A stretch of 64,000 bases of DNA from Carpediemonas membranifera BICM (lineage: Eukaryota > Protista > Fornicata): assembly GCA_019828565.1 (NCBI GenBank), contig JAHDYR010000038.1:202735-266734 (forward strand), written 5' to 3'. The translations under genes and the position numbers were made by a program. Under the pieces are notes generated by a model. The model did not search any database. It was not told the origin of the DNA and worked only from the letters and a program-made list of their open reading frames with translations. The number at the start of each line of letters is the position of its first letter. The first letter of the stretch is position 1. Positions 20,282 through 31,447 of the stretch are shown piece after piece.

Positions 20282-22878
20282 CTACTCACGGCATAGACAG
20301 CAAAGAAGCTCAACCCCGTCATCATCTTCAGACAGCACGCACTCCATATAGTCTTCTTCCCACTCAAGCGACGTGTGAGTTGTGATGAACCCGAAAATGT
20401 CCTGAATAAGCCGGGAAAACTGGTCAAGATGAGATCTACTGGGCGTGTACTCCTGCTGCGTGTCCTCCCGTATGCTCATCCACTGCTCTGACTCAAGACA
20501 GCAGCAGTGAATGCGAACCCGCCGAAGGTTGTCAAGCCTTGGCACTCCGTAATCCTGTCTGCCGGGAGATCGGTTATCTGTCACCAGGATATGAGCCATA
20601 GATGCCTGCTCCGTGAGTATTACCTTCTCGAGAATAGCCTTACGACGTTCAGCAGACTTTTGCCATCTGATTCTTGATGAAGTCCCTCTCAAAAGTATTC
20701 CTCCAGAAGATAGAACATCGGAATCATCAAGTGTTGGTAGCTTAGCGGCTGAGCGGTGAGTCGGGTGCTGACGTATAATGTTTGTGCGCTTACCGAGACC
20801 TTGTCCACAAGGCTGGGAGGCAGTATCTTGAGAGATGAGCTGTCAGTCTGCTGAAGAGCCATAGTCACGTGGAGAAGGTGACACATGCCTGCAGCAAGGA
20901 AATGAAATGATACTACTGAGTCGGTCGGTTTGACAGTCGAGTAGTACAACGCCTGGAGATATCCGATAAGGCGCATTATATCTTGGACTGGCTCTGGAAG
21001 GGCGATATAGTCCTCTCTGACGAGATTTGCCATGCGGACCCTGGCTGCGGACTGCTCATTGCACCCGGTAGTGCGATCAACACTGGTCCCCGTGGACATG
21101 CGAAGCAGCTTATGGTTGAGATCTTGGTTCCTGAGCACGGTAGCTTAATCACGCCCGCGCAATGAGTAGCGCTTGAACTGATTGCACATCGCAGCGACTT
21201 GCTCCAGCAGGTTGTGCGAATCGTGCATGATGGGAGGACAGAGGACAATGCGATCCAGAGGAATCACTCGGTCAGACTCTTCAGTCTTCGCGAAGATGAC
21301 AGGGTGGTCAGTGCCAAGGTGAAAGTCGCCATAAAGTGCAAACGGATCAGAGGTGCGGTGTCTATCAGCAACAAGTTCCGAGAAGGCCTTCTTGAAGCGT
21401 ACCACGTCGGCTAGGGTGACCCTGTTGGTGTTTGCAATTGGGCGAAGAGCCTTGTCGGTCACCCGAACGGAGCTGAAAGGCGAAGGGTAGTGTGCTTGCC
21501 CTGTCTTGACCGAGATCATCTTGGCCATAGCAGGATGATCACCAAGGAGGATCACCTGGTCAAATGATGTGACTTGGCCGGTGTTCCGGATCGGTACTCT
21601 TGCCATATAGAGAGCCTCGATGGCCTTCTCAATCTTGCCCAGAGTGTCTGGCTCAAAGAGATCTTTCTCCTGTTTCATAAACTCCATAACACGAAATGGG
21701 GGAGTGATCCGGTTGGGTAATGTGAAGCCGCTGGGGTCGTAGAGACGAATCTTAACGGCAGTCGTACCCTTCCATCCGTCTAACCAGAAGATAATCTTCA
21801 ATGGCTGCCAGTCGGCGCTGGGTTGAGTAAGCCTTCGCATGCAGGATTCGTACCCGGGCTTGTCAGTCTCGAGCCATTCCGGGTGGGTTACAGCCTGAGT
21901 CACAAACCTTACAGTGCTAAACCAGACCTCGACCATCGCGTCCCAGGTGCTACTGTGCATACGCTTAACCAACGATGTATGAGGGATCTGTTCCAGTGTA
22001 GTCCGATGCTCTGCTGCTTCCTGTTCGGAGGCATAGTGGATGATAAGCAGCGGCTTGTCGTATGTGTGTGTGATGATGAGGTCTGATGAGAGAGCAGTCG
22101 CCATCTGTCCGTCTTCGTTCAGCCTGATCGTGTTAGTGCACTCTAGAGGAGTCAGCTCTCCTTCTCGGGTCATGCGACCTGTGGTGTTGCTGATGCGTGT
22201 CTCAATCGGTACGAGATGAGTCAGGAAACGCGTTTCAGCGGGCGTAAGAGCTTGATGAAGACCGGAGACATGAAGTATGTTGCACCTTAGCTCCTTGAGT
22301 ATGACCCCGGCGGGTTTGTGTCGCGGTATAGGCAGGTTCATCCTTCTTGAGAGTCGATTGACAAACTTGTAGGAGTCCTGGGTGTTGTTGAAGCCAGCAC
22401 GGATGTAGTCGAGGATCGACGTCAGCTCCAAGATGTTCATCAGGTTGTCAGAGCGACTCTGGAGGTCACTCAGCTCCGTTGATATGTCTGAAACTTGAGC
22501 ATCGCGGCGAGTCACGTCCGTAGAAAACACGATAAAGCCCATACGGGCTTGGTAATGGGCATGTGCGGCATTGCGTAGGTTTCGTCTATCGCTAGGGTCG
22601 ACATAAAATCGATTGTCGGCTGCCTGAAGACCATCTTGACGCATTGCATGTGCTAGGTTGCTGAATTGTCGACGCTGCGCTGCCAGATTACTGCCTTGAT
22701 TGCCAGACGGCACAATGGCATAGTATGTGCACGCGAGAAGAGTGTTCAGCCGTTCTGGTGAGTACGGTGGGGACGTGTCGTTGTAAACAGTGCCTATCGC
22801 TGATTGATAGACTATGTACATGCCCTGCCGAATTCTGAGAATTTTCGCAGTCGTTTCACGAGTCCCGTGAAATTTCAC
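20282..22878 (-). pseudogene. Degenerate DDE transposase (CMC/Chapaev/Transib-like), copy A
   Basis: FWLDG, LLGDHPAMAKM...YPSPF, PPIMH, RTTGCNEQ, MFYLLEEYF(ERDF); in-frame TAA at 21145 and frameshifts near 20690-20660; homologous to 31448-33796. Confidence 0.72.
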
Positions 22879-23351
22879 ATTTCACAAATTTTCACGAAAC
22901 GAGATCAGTGCGATTGCGACAGCTGGGAGCTGAAAAGCGGAAGATATGCCTGTTACAAGGATCTATAACACCTCCTGAAGTTAGACTGCTGATAGCTAGT
23001 CTCGTTGTCGAGTTCTGAGGTTGCACAAAAAAGTTGAATCTGAATTTCACGGTCAATATTGACCTAGACTGCGAAAGTGAAGGTGTAAGAAAAGTCTAAC
23101 TCACCAAAGAGAGCAGCTAGAGGAAAATGGTAAAGGGTTTTGCAATCTGCATCCCCTGAGGAGTTCAGTTTCACACAGAAGAGGATTTGAGAAAGCTCCC
23201 CTTTCACAACGTCTTTGGGCACCTTCGACAGCGTTGATAAAGATGAAGCATACCATTAGCCCTTATAGGCTATGATACACATCTACTGTTGGCGAAATGT
23301 TCTGCAATGTTGTCATCGACGAGATATGGTACCACATTTTTTATATCTCAA

Positions 23352-23450
23352 GATTGATGAGGTGCAATCACTAACCGAGCATAGAAGGGTGCTGTATGAA
23401 GGTCATATAGCACCCCAGTATGTTCAGTTAGAGATTGCACCTCGCCAATC
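23352..23450. repeat. Long imperfect palindrome/hairpin (~48-bp stem, 3-nt loop)
   Basis: GATTGATGAGGTGCAATCACTAACCGAGCATA...TATGTTCAGTTAGAGATTGCACCTCGCCAATC. Confidence 0.9.
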
Positions 23451-23770
23451 CCGAGATCGTGTGATTGAATCAATAGAACCCAGCGACGAAGACATCGCTG
23501 AGAGCTGAAACCAAGAGAGGATGTATAAACAGTAGTACTGAGCTTGCTTACGGACCAGCTTGTCATGTCGACCACTTTTCACCAACTACATAAAATGCGT
23601 TTCCCTATTTACTCGCCGATGAGCAAAGCAATGCTCGACAACGATGTAAGATATGCGTTATTCATCTATAAAGCACCTGCTGTAGTATTTAAATCGGCTT
23701 CAGGGGTTCTAGTTTCGGATATCGCCATTTTCACTTCCTCATGATTTCCTCAGGCATCGAAACCCCGTTT

Positions 23771-24850
23771 TTAACAGTATGCCACCTCCTCACCAAAGGC
23801 GCCCTCCTCGCTCTCCTCGCGAGCTGGCACCTCGCAGTGCATCCACTCTGCCTGGTAAGCTGGCTCGTCGGACACCGCCTCCTCGTCAGTATCGCCCTCT
23901 CTCTCGCCCTCTGGCATCTCTGTCTCGCGAGTCAGCGAGCCGAACTCCGCCTCCTTGTCAGCCTCGCTCTGCCTCTCTTTCTTCTTAGTATCGTGAAGCT
24001 CGATCATTCTGGCCTTGAGCCTGTTGTAAAGCCAGCCATCGAGCATCGGCGGCACCAGGTCGGCAGAGCTTGTGATCTCCGGGTTGAGATCAAAGATCGT
24101 CGGGCGCTGCAGGGTCGTCAGGTGGCTGTTTGCCAGCTGGTGGCGGAACTGATCATCGGTGAGGCTGATGCGCTTGTCCATAATGACCTTCCGAACCTTG
24201 GTCAAGTCTCTGGGCCTGCCAGTCCGTCTCTCTCTCTCAATCTCCCGCGTCTTAAGCTGGTTGACATCGACATGCACCGGGGGCGCATAGCGAAGCTGGT
24301 TGACACTGAGCCCGACCTGCTTGAGAGCCTCCGAGAAGGTGCTCGGCGCTACATGAGACAGTGCGGATGAGGCCTTGGAGAATACTATCCAGGCAGCGAG
24401 CTCTTCGGGAAGCTGAAGAGCTCGCTCACTGATGTCAATATCGCGGGCGGAAATAGCTGTCATGCCCGTGTGGCTGATGATAAGAGCCAGCGCATTGTAG
24501 GGGAAGACTAGTCGGACAATAGCTTCCGATGCGACAGGCTCAAACTGCCCAAGCGGCTTGACATTGTCTCTGCCGGAGTTTCGGAATGAGTTGACGGCAC
24601 TGAGAGTGACAGCAGCGGTTGCCTTGTTCAATGATGCAGCAAAACCGGGCACAAGCGATCTAACATCCTCGGACCGGATCACGGAGAGCGCTTCGTCCTC
24701 GGTACTCCCTCGCTCACGTTGTACGAATTGAACGAACCGCGAAAGGTTGTTTGCGACCGCTTTCCGGGAAGATTTCTTACTGATGGTGCACAACCAAGCA
24801 TTCTTCACAGCTTCCATGGTTGTTTCCATCTCCTGCGGGCTTCCTTCCAT
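23771..24850 (-). CDS. Degenerate tyrosine-recombinase-like protein (core-binding domain plus decayed catalytic domain)
   Basis: S(R)KAV.NNLSRFVQF...IRSEDV...ATAAVTLSAVNSF resembles the integrase SAM-like domain; LIISHTGMT (TG.R box I, Arg lost) and NQLRYA (HxLR box II, His lost). Confidence 0.45.
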   Translation of the reverse strand: MEGSPQEMETTMEAVKNAWLCTISKKSSRKAVANNLSRFVQFVQRERGSTEDEALSVIRSEDVRSLVPGFAASLNKATAAVTLSAVNSFRNSGRDNVKPLGQFEPVASEAIVRLVFPYNALALIISHTGMTAISARDIDISERALQLPEELAAWIVFSKASSALSHVAPSTFSEALKQVGLSVNQLRYAPPVHVDVNQLKTREIERERRTGRPRDLTKVRKVIMDKRISLTDDQFRHQLANSHLTTLQRPTIFDLNPEITSSADLVPPMLDGWLYNRLKARMIELHDTKKKERQSEADKEAEFGSLTRETEMPEGEREGDTDEEAVSDEPAYQAEWMHCEVPAREESEEGAFGEEVAYC

Positions 24851-26076
24851 CGATATACGGATTTCAGACTTTCGTCATGCACAAAAATTCGAATCTCTCC
24901 AAATGCCCAAAACAGTGGTCAAACCGTGTTCAGGGGTACAAAAGAGTGCCATAGGCACGTTCTTGCATTTCAAAATATTCTAGAGGTCGTTCATAAATTC
25001 TCAGATGGCCAACAGTACGAAAGTCTGAAATCCATTTATCATGAGACCCGACAAATTTGAAATCCATTTATCGGGTGGATACATCACTGTAGAGGGTATT
25101 CATGGATATAGGTGCCTTTTCGGTGCCGAGGGGAGTCAAAATTTGAGGTCGTGCAGGCAGAAAGTCTGAATTCCGTTTATCTCACCACTGCTTAGTGTTC
25201 ATGGCAGACAACGGCTTCCTGGCGACGCCTGGGGTGTAAGGATTCGCTTGCCTCTGTGTTGTCGCATCAGCTTCGCTGAAAACGGGGGAACTGACCCGCG
25301 CATTCGCGCACTTTATGCTCGCAACGAGATTGAAATGGCGAACTTAAGAATAGAAAGAATACTGGCGGCTTTAACGTAGTAGGCATGTGCACAACATTAA
25401 GAATCATCAGTAAGCGGGCGCAGAGCATCATTAAAGCAACAATAATCCCTAAACAACATCAAGTACCATAAGTCCACCACGTCCATACGATATGAACTAT
25501 AAATGGAGCATAGATCAGTACAGATGATTTGAAAGTACCAGGCATGGCCAGAATACCGCAATTATCGTCCGTTGATCCGCATGACCTCCATCTTGGTCGG
25601 TATCCAGAGAACCTCCGTCAGACGCTTGCAACGGAACATTTAGGGGGAGCATCCTGAATGGGGCCAGATTTGAGGGACCCTTGGTCTGACATGCCATGAC
25701 CGAGTACTCTAGGGGCCTCCACAGTGCGTCCCGAGGTACGTTAGAGCACCACAGACCTTCCCCCAAAAGCTGACTCCTGGACCCCTTGGCCGGAGCTCGC
25801 CGAAACGTGAAAATCGGCGATGATTTCTCCGTATAACTTCATAGGGGGTTATATGGGGCTCGTTTCAGCCGCAGATAACGTCTCTTGGCCATATTAAATT
25901 TGCGAAAGGCCCCGGCTCGCTGGCCGGACGATTTAATCAGCATCGGCGAGAATGGACGTGTGGGTAGGGCTAGGGGTGTGATGACGGCTGGTGGTAGTCA
26001 CGGTGTGAGTGCTTACAAGCCGCAGGCGATATACATAAACTTTTAGTAACCATTTAACGTCTCTTGGCGATATACG

Positions 26077-27795
26077 ATGCTAGACTTGTTCACTTGGCTG
26101 GAAGAAGCCACTGAGTTCGAGAAGAAGGAGCTAATGACCAAGATCAATGCAGCTGCAAGCGCTAAAGGCAAATGCGACGTCCTTCGCGCGCTTTTGCTGC
26201 CTAGGCGCGATTTACTCGCTACTGTGATCAAGGAACGTACGTTACTGAGCGAAATTGTTTACACAGGTGTTAATCTCAAGCGTATTGCCACGTTCTTCCG
26301 CCTCACGCGCCAGGAGACGGAAGATATGAAGAAGGACCTTAAGGCGCAGTTTATGGCGACGATGAAATTGAATGAGGGTGAAAGGGTCACAGGGGAACAC
26401 AAGAAAACACTGAAGCAGGTCCTCGGCGGGGATACCTTCACGCACCTGTACGACGGCGAGGTGGAGAGCGCGCGTATTCGGGTGAAGAAGAGCATTCGTG
26501 AGGCTAGAATGAAGACAAACGCTAGGCTTGAGTGTGAACTCGCGAAGGAGGAGGACGAGGACATCAGGGATTGTACTCGGGTTCAGATGATGAAGCTGGC
26601 CGATGAGGAAGACCGAAAGGAGTTGGAAAAGGAGATGGAATACACGCGCGAGTCCAAGTATGACGTGGTATGGGAGCGAGTGTACGATGAGATCTGCGGT
26701 ACTCGTCGTGTGCGGGCCCGCAGGGATAACGCCCCCTGTCCCGGCGAGGATCACGCCGACCACGTGCTTCAGCGCTATCTCTGGGCCGACCAGATCGATA
26801 CTCAGGCGCTTACTGGCGAGAAGACGTTGACCACGAGACTCCCTGCTGAAGCTCGAGTCGTACGTCGCGTGACAGCCAGTCTGATCTCTGCTCAGAAGAC
26901 GGAGATCCAATCTCTCAAGGAGCAGGTCGAGCGGCTGAAGAAGCAGGTGACTGACGAGAGAAGAGACCACTTTCTTGAGTGCAGGCGTATCCATCATGAG
27001 CATGACGTTGGGTACCTTGCTTCCTGCGATGTTTCGTTCGCCGCCAGCCCCATGCCGCCACAGTCTGGCACGCTCTCCAGGACTTCCTGCCCCCGACGCG
27101 CTACGAACGAGCCCGAGGCCTCCATGTCTGTGAAGCGCAAGGCCATCACCACCGAGCCCGAGAAGGCCAGGCCTGAGGACTCAGAGGAGGAGACAGAGGA
27201 GGAGCAGGAGGAGGCGAAGGAGAAGAGGGGTGAGGCAGAAGAGGAGACGGTGAACACATGCGACGCCTGCATCCAGACTGAGCCGGAGACTCAGACTCGC
27301 ATCACCTCTGAGGCCGCGGTGCAGACTTGCATCAACGTGGAGGCTCTCACGACTAACTGTACCGCGATTCATGTCAAGAGTGACGGCAACTGCGTTGCAT
27401 ATTGTCTCCAAGCCATTGAGTTGGGTGGCCGAGTTGATGGCGACTTCGAAAAGTGGCAGCGTGGCCTCTGCCAGTCAGTGAAGGCCAAGTACTGGTCTAA
27501 GAAGAATGTCACGGAGCGTAGCCTGACAGATCCGGACTCCGGCTACTATAACTCGAACGCCATCCGAGTCTGGGCAAGGAAGCAGAAGCGGAACATCCTT
27601 GTTGTCCAGTCATACGACGGATACAACGGCATGCAAGGCATCTCCGCCATCTTATACCTGTTTGATGGCACCACCATGCTTGCACCCGATGCAGACTTGT
27701 GGGGGTTGACAGATAATTTCGCTATTGTCATCGAAGGCGATCCGGCTCACGCCACGCTGTACCAGAAGAAGTGCGAGGTCGTTGAGATTGAATAA
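26077..27795 (+). CDS. Coiled-coil protein with C-terminal OTU-like cysteine protease
   Basis: HVKSDGNCVAYCL (OTU D-G-N-C) and distal PAHATLY His motif. Confidence 0.7.
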   Translation: MLDLFTWLEEATEFEKKELMTKINAAASAKGKCDVLRALLLPRRDLLATVIKERTLLSEIVYTGVNLKRIATFFRLTRQETEDMKKDLKAQFMATMKLNEGERVTGEHKKTLKQVLGGDTFTHLYDGEVESARIRVKKSIREARMKTNARLECELAKEEDEDIRDCTRVQMMKLADEEDRKELEKEMEYTRESKYDVVWERVYDEICGTRRVRARRDNAPCPGEDHADHVLQRYLWADQIDTQALTGEKTLTTRLPAEARVVRRVTASLISAQKTEIQSLKEQVERLKKQVTDERRDHFLECRRIHHEHDVGYLASCDVSFAASPMPPQSGTLSRTSCPRRATNEPEASMSVKRKAITTEPEKARPEDSEEETEEEQEEAKEKRGEAEEETVNTCDACIQTEPETQTRITSEAAVQTCINVEALTTNCTAIHVKSDGNCVAYCLQAIELGGRVDGDFEKWQRGLCQSVKAKYWSKKNVTERSLTDPDSGYYNSNAIRVWARKQKRNILVVQSYDGYNGMQGISAILYLFDGTTMLAPDADLWGLTDNFAIVIEGDPAHATLYQKKCEVVEIE

Positions 27796-27930
27796 AGATT
27801 TGGATATGCCTTTGTAGTGCGTTCGACTGTGTACGTTTAGGAGAAGGCTGAGACGGAGAAGAAGGAGGACAAGGAGGTGGAGACAGAGGAGAAGAAGGGT
27901 AAGTAGGCAGACGAGGAGGAGCCTGACACG

Positions 27931-28555
27931 GTGGTGCGTGGGCCGGAAGATGACGACAATATGTCAGTCGTGTCGATCAGTGACAACGAGCATGAGCCTG
28001 AGCTGGTCTTCGACGTACAAACCGCGATCGACAGGATCCTGACCTGCCCTGCCAAGGAGATTCACCGTGACGGAGCCTGCATCGCTCATTCGCTCAACGA
28101 CATTAAGCACGGCCAAGTACTGGGTAAGAATCGAATCAAACATTTCAAAAAATCATCTGAGAGAACACACCGAGGAATCCATGGCCAAAAAGGCCGAGGG
28201 CCAGGTCAGGGGCACATGGTGGGACCCTTCCGAGCTGTTCAACGGCCAGGGCTGGCTGACAGGCACTGCTATCTCGGCTTGGACGCATCTTGAGAAGGAG
28301 AAGGTCATGGTCCTGCAGCGCAGAGAAGAGGAAGATGGTCGCATAGTCAACTCAGCGACTGTTTACGACAACGGAAGGGTCTACCCTCAGGATTTCAGAA
28401 GTCTGACTCAACTCAGTGATGCCATCAGGGAGACGGGCCACGAGAAGGTCATTGTCATTACGGGTAATCATGCCACGGTGTATCTCGTGGCGGAGCTTCT
28501 GTCAGATGGCACTGGTGAAGAGAGTGTGCCGAAGACAAGGAAGGGGAGGAAGTAA
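27931..28555 (+). pseudogene. Second OTU-like domain, frameshifted
   Basis: IHRDGACIAHSL in one frame, then GWL...KVMVLQ...GNHATVY in the next; shift near the A6 run at ~28147. Confidence 0.6.
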
Positions 28556-28639
28556 ATGGTTTGATGTGTTCGGCTGTCTTTCATCTGTGAAATGAGAACA
28601 GGCGTGAGTGTCATGGACACAGATGGCCCGGACAGCGTT

Positions 28640-29112
28640 GCCTCCGTCTTGGCATTTGTTGAGGACAACACAGCTGTAAACGACAATAAGATGAAACAGA
28701 AGTAGCAAGCAATGTTTAATAACGTATGAACAGTCCTTTTGATGTTGTTTAGTGATTTTGTGCATTAACGACCGAGAACAGTGGAGTGCAACGCAGATGT
28801 TGGTTATTGATGGTAGATGGCGCGCTTTTGACGACAGCTGGTTGCTTTTGCAGTATAAAGAACCGCATAGCTGCCACTAGTTCCTTCCAATAATGCTTTC
28901 CCGCCATTTTGAGGTTGGAATGAAATTCCAAGCACCGTGCACTTTATGTAATTGCCCAATATCAACGCCACCCCCGCCCCCAGCGCCTCCACGCCCCACG
29001 CCAACGCCACCTCCGCCCCCTGGCGCTCAGTTCAGGAGATGTCCGGTCGATAAGCCATAAACTGCACGGATCCACAAACGTGGATTGGCCTGAACGACAG
29101 CGCTGAGGCCCA
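28640..29112 (-). repeat. Spacer repeat R, copy 4 (long form, inverted)
   Basis: Reverse complement of copies 1 and 2. Confidence 0.95.
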
Positions 29113-29133
29113 GACATGCACATATACATTCAT

Positions 29134-30212
29134 TTATTCCTGTCTCGCTCTCTTGCCTGTCTGATCGCGACGTTTGACCCACTCAAATGCCTCATCTGTG
29201 AGGTAGACAGAGACGTCGCGAGTATTCCCAGTCCTAACCTTCCGAATCAACGTTCGGCAAGGATCTTTGGGTGTCGTCGTTGAGGTACGACGGCAAGCCC
29301 ACTCTGAGGTCTCGCATGAGCCCCCGCACACGATGCAACGTCCTGACAGGACAAGCGGGGGTCATGCGTTCTGGCCATAGCTAGCTGGTCCACCTGGCTA
29401 GCAGTCAGTGTGCGGGACATGAGCGTACCGCGCGTCTTGCCCGTGTCTTCGGGCCTGGGCCTCGGCTCATCCTGGTCCGTCATCATCTCCTCGTCCAAAC
29501 TGATGGGCTCCGTCATCATCTCCTTGTCCACAGCGTTCTGGTCTCCGAAGTCCGTAGTCGTCATCGTTGCCTGCTCCAAAGTGGTGGGCTCCGGCTGAGA
29601 CCTGACACCTGGCAGCCTGAGCATGGTCTTACGGCCGCCGCTACGCAGCCTCTCAATCTCATCCTCAAGAATGCTGACCTTCTTCGTCAGAGCATGATGT
29701 TCACTTGTCGCAACGAGCGACACTGGCGACTTAAGCAGCGCGATGAACGCCCTGACGTTATCGTGCAATGGAACCGAGAAGGCCTGGGCCAAGCTCTCGA
29801 CCAGCTCCAGGACCTTGGGCAGGGTGTCGGGCTCAAGCTCATTGTGAGCTGCGCGGTTCCGGTACTCAACGAGATCACGAATGATCTTGGCATGGGCTTT
29901 GTTGTACGCCGCTCGATTGGACATCTCACGAAGGATTCTTGATGAATCCACGTCCTGTTCGAGCTCTTTGCCGAGGAGGTCCTTCTCGGTGCTAGTAGGC
30001 TTGCACCCGGGGTTAAATGCAGGCGAGGCCAAGATCTTCCGCATCCAAGGGACCATCATGGCGAGCAGCTGAAGAACTCGCGCATTATCGCCAAGGATGC
30101 GGAGCTGCTCATCGTTCCATGGTGAAACGAACAGGTGATGATCTTGTCGAGCGGATGATTGCCCTTTGAGAGGTGCTTGGCGATGCTTAGCGCGATATCG
30201 GTCCATCCACAA
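29134..30212 (-). pseudogene. Inverted duplicate of the HEPN gene with a 1-nt deletion in a C6 run
   Basis: Near-identical to 2941-4020; frameshift near 29358. Confidence 0.85.
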
Positions 30213-30738
30213 CTGTGGATGACGAGCAATTTAAGGTAGGTGCCGCATCAGTCAATAACCCCGTGCTATCGTGCAATAGAACACAGTTAACACTGCTTTC
30301 CATGCGCAGCAACACAGCCTGTGGCGGAGAGACGCCCGGTATGGACGACACCAGGTGATCCACAAACGTGGATTGGCCAATTACGTCGGCCCCTCCCATC
30401 CCGCATCCCTCAGGATACGCAAGCACAAGCTCTCTCCCTGCAGCACCTCTCTGGCGCTCTCTAAAATCGTCGTATAGCGTAAACAGAATGTGCCGCATCA
30501 GTCATTCGTTCATTTTATTCCACTTATCACTCTTGGTCATCCTCCTCATCACTCACCTCCTCGCGGATACTGACATCATCACGAGCCTCGTCATCCGCGA
30601 GTGTCAATGGCTCTGTAATAGCGCGGGCAGCGTTGGTATACTCACCGTTGAACTGTCGCTGGCCTCTCTGAATGCGAGGAAAGCAATTCACGCACACCGG
30701 AACACGACGAGAAGGACGCTTCAACATGTCAGTTCCAG

Positions 30739-31302
30739 CCTCCGTCTTGGCATTTGTTGAGGACAACACAGCTGTAAACGACAATAAGATGAAACAGAAG
30801 TAGCAAGCAATGTTTAATAACGTATGAACAGTCCTTTTGATGTTGTTTAGTGATTTTGTGCATTAACGACCGAGAACAGTGGAGTGCAACGCAGATGTTG
30901 GTTATTGATGGTAGATGGCGCGCTTTTGACGACAGCTGGTTGCTTTTGCAGTATAAAGAACCGCATAGCTGCCACTAGTTCCTTCCAATAATGCTTTCCC
31001 GCCATTTTGAGGTTGGAATGAAATTCCAAGCACCGTGCACTTTATGTAATTGCCCAATATCAACGCCACCTCCGCCCCCTGGCGCTCAGTTCAGGAGATG
31101 TCCGGTCGATAAGCCATAAACTGCACGGATCCACAAACGTGGATTGGCCTGAACGACAGCGCTGAGGCCCAAACAGGTGGTGAGACATTAAAAAGACTCA
31201 TTTGCAATCCATTTACTCAGTCCTCACCCTCTTACCACTTGTCTCGATCTCTGAATCATCCTCTATTGTGTTGTCCGCATGCTTCTGCTTTTCGGGCGAC
31301 TC
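30739..31302 (-). repeat. Spacer repeat R, copy 5 (short form, inverted) with the 3' tail of the 6742-7674 gene
   Basis: Reverse complement of 7585-8094 plus the ...TGCCAAGACGGAGG extension. Confidence 0.93.
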
Positions 31303-31447
31303 TACATGAGTCACCCTTGCAGTGGACGTGGTTGTGGAGCACCCCCAGTGTCTCCACGTCCGCCACCAGCGCCAGATCCGCCACCATGCCCTACATCAGC
31401 ACATTTGTGTATTTACTTTGTAAATTTGTCCCATTGCTATTGAAGCA

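Noticed and set aside
21145-21147. Stop-codon reassignment (TAA/TAG = Gln as in hexamitids)
   Set aside because: Conserved host genes terminate at TAA/TAG and have no internal stops.
23272-23575. Two opposite-strand ORFs with similar peptides (EVQSLTEH)
   Set aside because: The similarity comes from the DNA palindrome.
23771-24850. Starship-type captain recombinase
   Set aside because: It is central rather than terminal and lacks catalytic residues; the element has TIRs and DDE-like genes.
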